DNA of 35,545 bases from Nemertoderma westbladi (GCA_032718475.1 JAUCBJ010002651.1:1-35545), one strand, 5' to 3'. Shown: positions 1 to 12,496, counted from the first letter of the stretch. Numbers and translations: made by a program. Notes: generated by a model from the letters alone, not told the origin.

Positions 1-2648
1 CGACTTACCAGTTCACTTAGGTCATCGTATTCAATGATATTGATGAGATACCGACTTACCAGTTCACTTAGGTCATCGTATTCAATGATATTGATGAGAT
101 ACCGACTTACCAGTTCACTTAGGTCATCGTATTCAATGATATTGATGAGATACCGACTTACCAGTTCACTTAGGTCATCGTATTCAATGATATTGATGAG
201 ATACCGACTTACCAGTTCACTTAGGTCATCGTATTCAATGATATTGATGAGATACCGACTTACCAGTTCACTTAGGTCATCGTATTCAATGATATTGATG
301 AGATACCGACTTACCAGTTCACTTAGGTCATCGTATTCAATGATATTGATGAGATACCGACTTACCAGTTCACTTAGGTCATCGTATTCAATGATATTGA
401 TGAGATACCGACTTACCAGTTCACTTAGGTCATCGTATTCAATGATATTGATGAGATACCGACTTACCAGTTCACTTAGGTCATCGTATTCAATGATATT
501 GATGAGATACCGACTTACCAGTTCACTTAGGTCATCGTATTCAATGATATTGATGAGATACCGACTTACCAGTTCACTTAGGTCATCGTATTCAATGATA
601 TTGATGAGATACCGACTTACCAGTTCACTTAGGTCATCGTATTCAATGATATTGATGAGATACCGACTTACCAGTTCACTTAGGTCATCGTATTCAATGA
701 TATTGATGAGATACCGACTTACCAGTTCACTTAGGTCATCGTATTCAATGATATTGATGAGATACCGACTTACCAGTTCACTTAGGTCATCGTATTCAAT
801 GATATTGATGAGATACCGACTTACCAGTTCACTTAGGTCATCGTATTCAATGATATTGATGAGATACCGACTTACCAGTTCACTTAGGTCATCGTATTCA
901 ATGATATTGATGAGATACCGACTTACCAGTTCACTTAGGTCATCGTATTCAATGATATTGATGAGATACCGACTTACCAGTTCACTTAGGTCATCGTATT
1001 CAATGATATTGATGAGATACCGACTTACCAGTTCACTTAGGTCATCGTATTCAATGATATTGATGAGATACCGACTTACCAGTTCACTTAGGTCATCGTA
1101 TTCAATGATATTGATGAGATACCGACTTACCAGTTCACTTAGGTCATCGTATTCAATGATATTGATGAGATACCGACTTACCAGTTCACTTAGGTCATCG
1201 TATTCAATGATATTGATGAGATACCGACTTACCAGTTCACTTAGGTCATCGTATTCAATGATATTGATGAGATACCGACTTACCAGTTCACTTAGGTCAT
1301 CGTATTCAATGATATTGATGAGATACCGACTTACCAGTTCACTTAGGTCATCGTATTCAATGATATTGATGAGATACCGACTTACCAGTTCACTTAGGTC
1401 ATCGTATTCAATGATATTGATGAGATACCGACTTACCAGTTCACTTAGGTCATCGTATTCAATGATATTGATGAGATACCGACTTACCAGTTCACTTAGG
1501 TCATCGTATTCAATGATATTGATGAGATACCGACTTACCAGTTCACTTAGGTCATCGTATTCAATGATATTGATGAGATACCGACTTACCAGTTCACTTA
1601 GGTCATCGTATTCAATGATATTGATGAGATACCGACTTACCAGTTCACTTAGGTCATCGTATTCAATGATATTGATGAGATACCGACTTACCAGTTCACT
1701 TAGGTCATCGTATTCAATGATATTGATGAGATACCGACTTACCAGTTCACTTAGGTCATCGTATTCAATGATATTGATGAGATACCGACTTACCAGTTCA
1801 CTTAGGTCATCGTATTCAATGATATTGATGAGATACCGACTTACCAGTTCACTTAGGTCATCGTATTCAATGATATTGATGAGATACCGACTTACCAGTT
1901 CACTTAGGTCATCGTATTCAATGATATTGATGAGATACCGACTTACCAGTTCACTTAGGTCATCGTATTCAATGATATTGATGAGATACCGACTTACCAG
2001 TTCACTTAGGTCATCGTATTCAATGATATTGATGAGATACCGACTTACCAGTTCACTTAGGTCATCGTATTCAATGATATTGATGAGATACCGACTTACC
2101 AGTTCACTTAGGTCATCGTATTCAATGATATTGATGAGATACCGACTTACCAGTTCACTTAGGTCATCGTATTCAATGATATTGATGAGATACCGACTTA
2201 CCAGTTCACTTAGGTCATCGTATTCAATGATATTGATGAGATACCGACTTACCAGTTCACTTAGGTCATCGTATTCAATGATATTGATGAGATACCGACT
2301 TACCAGTTCACTTAGGTCATCGTATTCAATGATATTGATGAGATACCGACTTACCAGTTCACTTAGGTCATCGTATTCAATGATATTGATGAGATACCGA
2401 CTTACCAGTTCACTTAGGTCATCGTATTCAATGATATTGATGAGATACCGACTTACCAGTTCACTTAGGTCATCGTATTCAATGATATTGATGAGATACC
2501 GACTTACCAGTTCACTTAGGTCATCGTATTCAATGATATTGATGAGATACCGACTTACCAGTTCACTTAGGTCATCGTATTCAATGATATTGATGAGATA
2601 CCGACTTACCAGTTCACTTAGGTCATCGTATTCAATGATATTGATGAG
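1..2648 (-). repeat. Perfect 51-bp tandem array (about 52 copies, truncated by the window edge) spanning an exon/intron boundary
   Basis: Minus-strand unit is CTCATCAATATCATTGAATACGATGACCTAAGTGAACTG|GTAAGTCGGTAT (39 nt exon end + 12 nt intron start). No variant copy seen. Confidence 0.98.
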
Positions 2649-2711
2649 GTCACCCTTCAGGAATGTCAGCTCGTCATCATCAACAGCTGTGTAATTGTAG
2701 GAAGCTTCAAC
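2610..2711 (-). CDS. AMPH: Amphiphysin exon 10, N-terminal half of SH3 domain (VEASYNYTAVDDDELTFLKGDLINIIEYDDLSEL)
   Basis: ctttcag|GTT acceptor; first donor CTG|GTAAGT at 2610/2609; SH3 pattern AxYxYxAxxxDELTFxKGDxI. The rest of the SH3 (GW...GxFPxN) is not in the window. Confidence 0.92.
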
Positions 2712-3044
2712 CTGAAAGAGCAAAAAGCTGAATTAATTTATATTACAAAATACATAAAGAGAATAATATTCTATAGCAGAATAATAAACAATACAATTTA
2801 CACATTAGCTTAATAAAGTAATTTTACTTTCAGCCAGCCGATATCGGCTGAATCCGTTCAAATCATCACTAAACCACTACAGGGTTTCATCTAAAAGAAA
2901 AAATTGGAACCAAAGTAATAATTTGGGAAGAAAGAGGATTGGTTTGCTGTAGAAGATTACACGTATTGTGGATGGACAGGTATAATCCCTCACTTAATGT
3001 GACTAAATGATTCTCCCATTTCCATCAACTATAAATAAACTCAC

Positions 3045-3299
3045 CGTGCACAATATCGGCTTTGAATCTTCTACTTGAGTACTATTTCGAGGTGCTGGCT
3101 CAGGGTGTGGTTCGGATAAGGTCCTCCGAGCCTCTGTGTGCTCCGGAGACTGCACGGTGGGGTCTGCTGACTGGGGTGGCAACACAGCGTGGTAAGCTGG
3201 AGGTAGCGGAGGGGGTTCATCTGTTTCGGTCTGGAGAGGCGCAGGGGACGATTGGGACCCAGCCAATGGCCCCTTCTTGCTTATAACTGCGTACTCGGG
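3045..3299 (-). CDS. AMPH: Amphiphysin exon 9 (Pro-rich linker; PEYAVISKK...PPPLPP...KPILCT)
   Basis: tttgcag|CCC acceptor and ACG|gtgagt donor; 255 nt, phase 0/0; leads directly into SH3 strand 1 (ILCT|VEASYNY). Confidence 0.87.
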
Positions 3300-3979
3300 C
3301 TGCAAATATAATGTAAAGTATTCCTTATCTGTAAACCCAACACACTCTTTCGGTGGACAAAAAATGGGGTCTTAAGGGCTTCTGTGTCTATCTGTGTTCG
3401 TAAATTCATCAATAAGACTCAAATGTCCTATTTTATCGTTATGATTATAATGCACAGGAACTGATCCAGCTGACCACTGATCATAATTCTGGCACTGATC
3501 CAGCCTTGATGATATTGGCGAACTACTTGTATATAATATCTATTAATAGTCTAATGGTGATATAAATGAAATTATATTAAACAAAATTGCATGAAATGAT
3601 AACTAAATGATAAAATAATCCAATGAATGCTTCTAAAAACAAATCTACTTGGTTGAAATAAAAAATAATGTGCCACTGTAACCTGATCCTTTCCCTTAAT
3701 TGATCATTTAACATTAAGACCAGATGGGATTTGCGTTAAGCCCCCCCTCCCCAATGATAGCGTAATAATTGTTTAGTTATAGTAAAGCAGAATGGAATAT
3801 AAATATAACGCAAATTGTTATTATCATTATTGACATGATATAATCATTATTAAATAATTAGACAGTATATGATGTAAGCTAATGACCCAAGACTGGTGTT
3901 CTAATAATGGAGTTATAACGAGGAGATATTACGGCAAAATCCGTAATGGAGTGATGCTGGAGATGGAAAAAACCATGAA

Positions 3980-6749
3980 ACGGTACCACACAGCGCTGGT
4001 CCAACCCCCAGTGACGGTACCACACAGCGCTGGTTCAACCCCCAGTGACGGTACCACACAGCGCTGGTTCAACCACCAGTGACGGTACCACACAGCGCTG
4101 GTTCAACCCCCCAGTGACGGTACCACACAGCGCTGGTTCAACCCCCAGTGACGGTACCAGACAGCGTTGGTTCAACCCCCAGTGACTGTACGGTACCACA
4201 CTGTGCTGGTTCAACCACCAGTGACGGTACCACACAGCGCTGGTTCTACCCTCAGTGACGGTACCACAAAGCGCTGGTTCAACCCCCGGTGACGGTACCA
4301 CACAGCGCTGGTTCAACCCCCAGTGACGCTACCACACAACGCTGGTTCAACCACTAGTGACGGTACCACACAGCGCTGGTTTAACCCCCGGTGACGGTAC
4401 CACACAGCGCTGGTTCAACCCCCCAGTGACGGTACCACATAGAGCTGGTTCAACCCCCAGTGACGGTACCACACAGCGCTGGTTCAACCACCAGTGACGG
4501 TACCACACAGCGCTGGTTTAACCCCCGGTGACGGTACCACACATCGCTGGTTTAACCCCCGGTGACGGTACCACACATCGCTGGTTTAACCCCCGGTGAC
4601 GGTACCACACAGCGCTGGTTCAACCCCCAGTGACGGTACCACACAGCGCTGGTTCAACCCCCCAGTGACGGTACCACACAGCGCTGGTTTAACCCCCGGT
4701 GACGGTACCACACAGCGCTGGTTCAACCACCAGTGACGGTACCCCACAGCGCTGGTTTAACCCCCGGTGACGGTACCACACAGCGTTGGTTCAACCCCCG
4801 GTGACGGTACCACACAGCGCTGGTTCAAACCCAGTGACGGTACCACACAGCGCTGGTTCAACCCCCCAGTGACGGTACCACACAGCGCTGGTTTAACCCC
4901 CCAGTGATGGTACCACATAGCGCTGGTTCAACCAACAGTGACGGTACCACAAAGCGCTGGTTCAACCCCCAGTGACGGTACCACACAGCGCTGGTTCAAC
5001 CCCCAGTGACGGTACCACACAGCGCTGGTTCAACCCCCAGTGACGGTACCACACAGATGTGGTTCAACCCCCAGTGACGGTACCACATAGCGCTGGTTCA
5101 ACCCCCAGTGACGGTACCACACAGCGCTGGTTCAACCACCAGTGACGGTACCACACAGCGCTGGTTTAACCCCCGGTGACGGTACCACACAGCGCTGGTT
5201 CAACTCCCGGTGACGGTACCACACAGCGCTGGTTCAAACCCCCAGTGTCGGTACCACACAGCGCTGGTTCAACCCCCAGTGACGGTACCACACAACGCTG
5301 GTTTAACCCCCGGTGTCGGTACAACACAGCGCTGGTTCAACCCCCAGTGACGGTACCACACAGCGCTGGTTCAACCCCCAGTGACGGTACCACACAGATG
5401 TGGTTCAACCCCCCAGTGACGGTACCACATAGCGCTGGTTCAACCAACAGTGACGGTACCACAAAGCGCTGGTTCAACCCCCAGTGACGGTACCACACAG
5501 CGCTGGTTCAACCCCCAGTGACGGTACCACACAGCGTTGGTTCAACCCCCAGTGACGGTACCACACAGCGCTGGTTTAACCCCCGGTGACGGTACCACAC
5601 AGATGTAGTTCAACCCCCAGTGACGGTACCACACAGCGCTGGTTCAACCCCCAGTGACGGTACCACACAGCGCTGGTTTAACCCCCAGTGACGCTACCAC
5701 ACAGCGCTGGATCAACCCCGGTGACGGTACCACACAGCGCTGGTTCAACCCCCAGTGACGGTACCACATAGCGCTGGTTCAACCCCCAGTGACGGTACCA
5801 CACACCGCTGGTTCAACCTCCCGGTGACGGTACCACACAGCGCTGGTTCAACCCCCAGTGACGGTACCACACAGCGCTGGTTCAACCCCCAGTGACGGTA
5901 CCACACAGATGTGGTTCAACCCCCAGTGACGGTACCACATAGCGCTGGTTCAACCCCCAGTGACGGTACCACACAGCGCTGGTTCAACCCCCAGTGACGG
6001 TACCACATAGCGCTGGTTCAACCCCCAGTGACGGTACCACACAGCGCTGGTTCAACCCCCAGTCACGGTACCACACAGATGTGGTTCAACCCCCAGTGAC
6101 GGTACCACTCAGATGTGGTTCAACCCCCAGTGACGGTACCACACAGCGCTGGTTCAACCCCCCAGTGACGGTACCACATAGCGCTGGTTCAACCCCCAGT
6201 GACGGTACCACACAGCGCTGGTTCAACCCCCAGTGACGGTACCACACAGATGTGGTTCAACCCACAGTGACGGTACCACACAGATGTGGTTCAACCCCCA
6301 GTGACGGTACCACACAGATGTGGTTCAACCCCCCAGTGACGGTACCACACAGCGCTTGTTCAACCCCCAGTGACGGTACCACATAGCGCTGGTTCAACCC
6401 CCGGTGACGGTACCACACAGCGCTGGTTCAACCCCCAGTGACGGTACCACATAGCGCTGGTTCAACCCCCAGTGACGGTACCACACAGCGCTGGTTCAAC
6501 CCCCAGTGACGGTACCACACAGCGCTGGTTCAGCCCCCAGTGACGGTACCACACAGCGCTGGTTCAACCCCCAGTGACGGTACCACATAGCGCTGGTTCA
6601 ACCCCCAGTGACGGTACCACACAGCGCTGGTTCAACCCCCAGTGACGGTACCACACAGCGCTGGTTCAGCCCCCAGTGACGGTACCACACAGCGCTGGTT
6701 CAACCCCCAGGGACGGTACCACACAGCGCTAGTTCAACCCCCAGTGACG
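3980..6749. repeat. 34-bp minisatellite (about 80 copies) in amphiphysin intron 8
   Basis: Unit CGGTACCACACAGCGCTGGTTCAACCCCCAGTGA with scattered substitutions and C-run length variants. Confidence 0.97.
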
Positions 6750-6760
6750 TAGCATTTTAC

Positions 6761-6799
6761 CTTTGTCGGAACGATATATTCCTCGTTTGCAGTCTCCAT
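6761..6799 (-). CDS. AMPH: Amphiphysin exon 8, 39-nt microexon (METANEEYIVPTK)
   Basis: cgtag|ATG acceptor and AAG|gtaaaa donor; symmetric phase 0/0; no stop. Weak polypyrimidine tract, so less certain. Confidence 0.6.
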
Positions 6800-7296
6800 C
6801 TACGTTTTTAAAAAGTAAAATTTTTAGCAACAAATAAATTAAATAGCATACCGGTACCAAAATTGCAGAAGGGGTCATGAATGGATGATGTCCCATAATA
6901 ACTAAGTTTTTAAACCCATATAACTTTGTATTGTGGAGCGAGCCACGCAGTTAATATCGCACCACAAAAACGCAACAAAATGTTAGAGTAAGATTTTCTT
7001 CTGCAAGCTACCGTTTGTAGCTAGAGTAAATTATATAGGATCTCTATCTCACTTACATACGGTTTTACAAAACAAAGTTTTACTTTATAGACAATGCCTA
7101 TCAAGATAGTACTAAAAGACCATCTAACCATATTCCATATTCAACCAACACATACAATAACACTTAAAATGCTACCGTGGTTAGTTTCCCAAAAAGGGAA
7201 GTTAAGTTAAAAATAAAAGTTAAATGTAAAATAAATTATTCAGTACCTTAATCAGGATTCAGGACGAAAATCTCCACACACATTGAATGAAGCGAT

Positions 7297-7345
7297 CAAA
7301 TTAATTCGCCACCGGTTGGGATCGAACCCGCGGTTCCATCCAAAT
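7297..7345 (-). mobile_element. Fragment of a tRNA-derived SINE head (B box only)
   Basis: Minus strand reads GCGGGTTCGATCCCAACCGG, a Pol III B-box; no complete cloverleaf. Confidence 0.4.
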
Positions 7346-7376
7346 TCAAATTATTATTAGAAAGGACAATTCGTAG

Positions 7377-7790
7377 ACTACTACTACTACAGAAGTTCGA
7401 GCGAACTCGGACAGTGGAAATAAGATCCTTCCAGGCTTCCCGATTCTCCATAGTTGTCGCAATATATCCGGAACCTAAACTATTCCGTCTGGTATTCCAT
7501 AAGCTCTCTCTAATAATTTCCAGAATTTTAGAATCATTTCGTTGCAAAATGGCAACCACAATGAGACGACAGATCCATGATAGTTTGTTGGTACGCCGAG
7601 GTCTCCTTTCTTATGGAGAGGCTTTAGTTGACCTTTAGTCCAAATTGGTGGTGGCTTTTCCCCTTTTAACATCCGGTTGCAAACATTCAATAATGGTCTG
7701 TTTAGCACTCCGGTTTTCCATACCTCTGCAGGGATTTCATCTAATCCACTCGCTCTACGATTGGACATGCTATTAATGCTTCTTTTAACC
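7377..7790 (-). mobile_element. Internally deleted RTE-like non-LTR retrotransposon remnant
   Basis: ASGLDEIPAEVWK...PLHKKGDL..PTNY (pre-RT region of APE-type LINEs) joined to an RTE-like C-terminus (MENREAWKDLI) and a (GTA)n tail at 7377-7390. Confidence 0.75.
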
Positions 7791-8117
7791 CAAAACTACA
7801 TATTATTAATTGAACCGAATTGTCCGTAACAGAAACACCCGGGATCGATATTAATTGTCTGGATATTCGATCCATACATTAAATTAAATTCTAAAAGTAG
7901 AAACATTTTACTGAATTCAAGCAGAAATTAATAAAACAGTTAAGAATTATATAGTAAATCTGAAATTAAAAAAAATTATGAGAAATAACTTAATATCCGT
8001 ACTATTCAGTTCAGGATAATTCTGACTCATAATCATCCAATTGGAATCGAGCCGAATTGCGATGCTTAAAAAAATACCCTTAGAAATCTACTCGAAAAGT
8101 TTATCTGGTTGACTCAC

Positions 8118-8253
8118 CTCGTTGGGATCTTCTATCGAATCGTATATATCTCCTATGTTACTGGGAGGTTCCCCGGCCGCTGAACCATTAATGGGGCCGG
8201 GAGATTGGCCTTCAGTTCCACTACAGTTAGACCCGGAGTCACCGATACTACCC
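8118..8253 (-). CDS. AMPH: Amphiphysin exon 7 (linker; GSIGDSGSNCSG...GDIYDSIEDPNE)
   Basis: ttctag|G acceptor and GAG|gtgagt donor; 136 nt, phase 2/0; GC-richer than its flanks; phase fits exon 6. Confidence 0.8.
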
Positions 8254-8468
8254 CTAGAATACAACGGTATACTCATTGTTACGACCCCTAGAATACAACG
8301 GTTTATTAAGAGATGCTGACCCTAGAATGCAATGCATATATATTATATTATATTAATTTATTTATTTATAATATGTTTTAGTCTCTCTTCTACAAATACG
8401 TATAGCTCATCAATACCATACCACCGGTACCTTTATGAGACAATGGTTTAATATCCCCAATACTTTAC

Positions 8469-8636
8469 CTGCTACGACGGGCTATATCAGGCAGTCTGTA
8501 CGCGCTCCCTTCTGTGTCTTTATGCAGCTGATCGAACACATCTTTAATCTCCCTCATTAGTATTGCACTCTCAGACAGATAAGTTAGTTGGGCGGCGGCG
8601 AAAGAATGCATCGTAGCAGCGTAGAAGGGTACTCGA
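8469..8636 (-). CDS. AMPH: Amphiphysin exon 6 (SRVPFYAATMHSFAAAQLTYLSESAILMREIKDVFDQLHKD...IARRS; end of BAR)
   Basis: gtgtag|T acceptor and AG|gtaaag donor; 168 nt, phase 2/2; open frame; SRVxFY motif. Not in the ORF track, translated by hand. Confidence 0.9.
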
Positions 8637-8804
8637 CTACACAAAATAACAAAAATGGTTAAGCTATATAAATAATATCTTTATATTTGATGTAGTTTAA
8701 AAATCAAACAGTATTTAGTTTAATTAACTGTCTGAAAACTATTCAACGAAACTAACCTCCCCACACTATCTCTAGGCTGACAGCTGTAGAACCAATTCAC
8801 TAAC

Positions 8805-8890
8805 CTCTCATACAGGGCCGGCAACTCTAAAAGTAACTCGGTATGAAGTGACTCATATGTCGCTTTAGCTTCCTGTAAAACTTCTTCATT
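8805..8890 (-). CDS. AMPH: Amphiphysin exon 5 (NEEVLQEAKATYESLHTELLLELPALYE; BAR)
   Basis: tttacag|AAT acceptor and AG|gttagt donor; 86 nt, phase 0/2. ELPxLx(x)SR motif is completed by the next exon. Confidence 0.92.
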
Positions 8891-9769
8891 CTGTAAACAA
8901 CAGGAAGTTATTGTGGTAAATAATCGAGTGAGTATTGTATTACACCATGACATGTAATATAGTGTCATTTTCTGATGACACGGACACCCCCCCCCCCCCC
9001 CCCCCCCCCCAGTGGCGTGGTGGGAACCAGTAAGGGGCCCGGGAAATCCCAAAATAAGGGCCCATTCATAAATACCAGATCACCTCGAATTTTGACCACA
9101 CCACCCCTCTCATGCACAAAATATTTTCTAGAAAAAGGCTTTTATAAAGATTTAAAGAAACAAATATAATGGCACAATTAATCATAGTAATACTGTATAA
9201 GTACAGTTAGTAGTGATAGGGCAGTACACAATATATTTATTTATAACTTTTTACCGCCGTGGTTGTCTATTCCGTTATCCACTTATAATTTGGGTTTAGT
9301 TTATTTCTAACTTTGCTCCTTGTGTGTAATTTTTAATTCAAATGTCGTGCCTACGTACAGATGGATCGTCACTTTTATGTATTCATATATTTCTACGTGC
9401 TTTAAGTTTAATTATATATAACGTATACGGTAGCAATTCTAATGAACACAATATGTACTGAATTAAAATCGTCAATAACCTTCTAAACGGCGCACAGCCA
9501 CGTACTAGCTTTGCTATATTGCTGTGTTGCCCTTTTCACTACTACCTAGTTAAATTTTAATTTCACATTACTTTTAAAACTTAACGCTCCGGCACTTATT
9601 TCGAAGAAATTAACTGTTTGTAAATACGTAAATTTTGATTGAAATTTTTTTTGTTATGTATATTGTATGTACTTTATATATATATTAGTGAAATAAATAA
9701 ATAAACTGAAACTGAAACCGCGAGGTTTCGATTTATTTACAGTTGTTCCAAAGGCCTCAAAATGTAGAG

Positions 9770-10682
9770 CTCCCAGCACCCTTAACCCGCTCCCTAGACC
9801 CCGGACCCCATCCCAGCACCCTAAACCCGCTACATAGACCCCGGACCCCTCCCAGCACCCTTAACCCGCTCCCTAGACCCCGGACCCCTCCCAGCACCCT
9901 TAACCCGCTCCCTAGACCCCGGACCCCTCCCAGCACCCTTAACCCGCTCCCTAGACCCCGGACCCCTCCCAGCACCCTTAACCCGCTCCCTAGACCACGG
10001 ACCCCTCCCAGCACCCTTAACCCGCTCCCTAGACCCCGGACCCCTCCCAGCACCCTTAACCCGCTCCCTAGACCCCGGACCCCTCCCAGCACCCTTAACC
10101 CGCTCCCTAGACCCCGGACCCCTCCCAGCACCCTTAACCCGCTCCCTAAACCCCGGACCCCTCCCAGCACCCTTAACCCGCTCCCTAAACCCCGGACCCC
10201 TCCCAGCACCCTTAACCCGCTCCCTAAACCCCGGACCCCTCCCAGCACCCTTAACCCGCTCCCTAAACCCCGGACCCCTCCCAGCACCCTTAACCCGCTC
10301 CCTAAACCCCGGACCCCTCCCAGCACCCTTAACCCGCTCCCTAGACCCCGGACCCCTCCCAGCACCCTTAACCCGCTCCCTAGACCCCGGACCCCCTCCC
10401 AGCACCCTTAACCCGCTCCCTAGACCCCGGACCCCTCCCAGCACCCTTAACCCGCTCCCTAGACCCCGGAACCCCTCCCAGCACCCTTAACCCGCTCCCT
10501 AGACCCCGGACCCCATCCCAGCACCCTTAACCCGCTCCCTAGATCCCGGAACCCCTCCCAGCACCCTTAACCCGCTCCCTAGACCCCGGACCCCATCCCA
10601 GCACCCTTAACCCGCTCCCTAGACCCCGGAACCCCTCCCAGCACCCTAAACCCGCTCCATAGACCCCGGACTCCCTCCTAGC
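9770..10682. repeat. 39-bp C-rich minisatellite, array 1 (about 23 copies), intron 4
   Basis: Unit CCAGCACCCTTAACCCGCTCCCTAGACCCCGGACCCCTC. The minus (transcribed) strand has five runs of three or more G per unit. Confidence 0.97.
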
Positions 10683-10705
10683 AACGGGTCATTCCATGTC
10701 AAGTC

Positions 10706-10860
10706 CAGGGGCGGATCCAGGAATTTAAGTTCTATGGTGCGCACAATTTGTGAAGTTTATCTTTTGGTCTGGGGGTGCTGCCCAGCGGTTTCGGTAGACA
10801 GAACCCCTGTCGCCCTGGTGGGGGTAAAGGGGACGGACACCCATCCAGAAATTTAGTGTC
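10706..10860 (+). mobile_element. Left end of a probable non-autonomous DNA transposon (MITE-like)
   Basis: Starts CAGGGGCGGATCCAGGA, a terminus type common in animal MITEs. Subterminal CTATGGTGCGC recurs at about 16260. Confidence 0.5.
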
Positions 10861-10884
10861 CTCAGCATGGACGAACAAATAGGA

Positions 10885-11237
10885 CCATATATGGACTACC
10901 AAATCTCTGGATGGCGCATTCACAATAATGTTACCCCGGGTTGTTCACTGTGTCAAGTACAATGCACACATCTCCAACCAGACACTATATAACATTGGAG
11001 GTGTCTCATTGGTTCCCCTACGCTTGACATTGTTTTCGCCGTGAGGACCAGCCAGTGCATAATCTTGTACTTTGGCAGCCCCATGGAGAAAATAAGCATG
11101 GTGGCAACCCATTACTTTCATGAGACGCCTCCTAAAGGACACTGGCCTTGAAGATGCGGATAATCTCGCGAAAGCGATGGTGGATAGGGAGTTGTGGCGG
11201 TGCAACTTTGTTGATAAGCCGGCATAGCATTCTTAAT
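10885..11237 (+). mobile_element. RTE-like LINE 3' fragment (degenerate)
   Basis: Frameshifted translation LDGAFT.ML...REDQPVHNLVLWQP...LLKDTGLEDADNLAKAMVDRELWR. The last ~115 nt are highly similar to 22645-22760. Confidence 0.75.
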
Positions 11238-12496
11238 GCACGCTGATTCGATTGCCAATTGCATGGTGGTGGCAAGTATTTTTGTTAAACCAGCATAGCA
11301 CCTCAATGTGCAGCTTTAACGCAGCAGGCCGATTATATATATATATGAGTACTGGTTCTACTGCTGCTCTTAATAATTCAACCTTATGATTCCTATGTAT
11401 TACACGTCGACCTTCCCTTGATATAGATCCCTGGTTATTGAGATGCACTTTGATTGGGCGTTGAAATCATGTAAGGAACGGAGAAAGTGGGTGAAATAGA
11501 CGAAGTGTAGTGTAGAATAGCCTGTGACAGACACAGACACACACCCCACCGCCGCGCCGCTGCCATTAAAATTTTTAGAAATAGAAAGTAAAGTACTGCG
11601 AATGTTAACACAACACATACTTATAGACGAAACTACATTATATGCAAATAAAGAGGATGTCTACTTACAATTATAGACTTTCATTTTTATATCTAGTAGA
11701 ATTTGTCTAGACTCACAATAGTAGCAACTCAGTGTATACATTTCATTCAATAAATGGGTCCGTTAATGTGCATTGTTCAACTATATTCTTATCAGCAAAC
11801 AACACCGAAAGGATATATTATATAATAACGCAGTTATGGAATTATATTTTAGCCATTATCTTTTATTTACGTAAAACTATATATAAAATATGTTGCTTAG
11901 CAGTTCTCATCTCTATTACAATCCGAACTGACGCTCGCGGATTTTAAAAACTAATGGTTTTTACACCAAATTAAATGGTTTTTTTCACTATATAATTTTC
12001 ACTAAAACATATATTCCTCCACTGAAATATATTAATTATCACTAAAAAATATTTTTTTATCAACAACAATATAGCTATAACCTGTTCTATTGAATAACAT
12101 GCCACTGTAACCTGCTCCTGTCCCTTATTTATTGATAATACATTAAAGCGAAAATTTATATATTTTAGTGATTATTAATATATTTCAGTGATTTTTAATA
12201 TTTTACTTTGAAAATTAATATTTTATTGATTTTCATGTTTATATTTAGTGAAAAATTATTATTTTTTTAGCAGGTTGATGAATGACTGCCCTTTAAAACG
12301 GCTCGATCGAACTTAGGAACTTAGTTACCCTTCAATTGAATTTGTATCCAATTAGGGTGGCATTGTTAGCCAACGAGTATTACACCTTATACTCGTGGAA
12401 ACGTATCAATAAATCGCTTACGTTCGACATCGGAAGATGATTGGCTGATGAATCAGCCAGCCTGGAACCCTTCCAGGCAGTTCCACACCCAACACG

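Noticed and set aside
34-2694. 886-aa plus-strand ORF (MILMRYRLTSSLRSSYS)n
   Set aside because: Antisense shadow of the stop-free 51-bp array; the meaningful frame is the minus-strand SH3 exon.
2829-2890. Possible extra amphiphysin exon (ttttag|ATG ... AAA|gtaaaa) between exons 9 and 10
   Set aside because: Stop codons in all three frames; exons 9 and 10 already join in phase.
1-6749. CRISPR-like appearance of the 51- and 34-bp arrays
   Set aside because: Units are head-to-tail with no unique spacers, there are no cas genes, and the context is eukaryotic intron.
9743-10444. Pro-rich and Gly-rich ORFs of about 200 aa; also possible interstitial telomere
   Set aside because: Translations of the 39-bp satellite; no run of true (TTAGGG)n.
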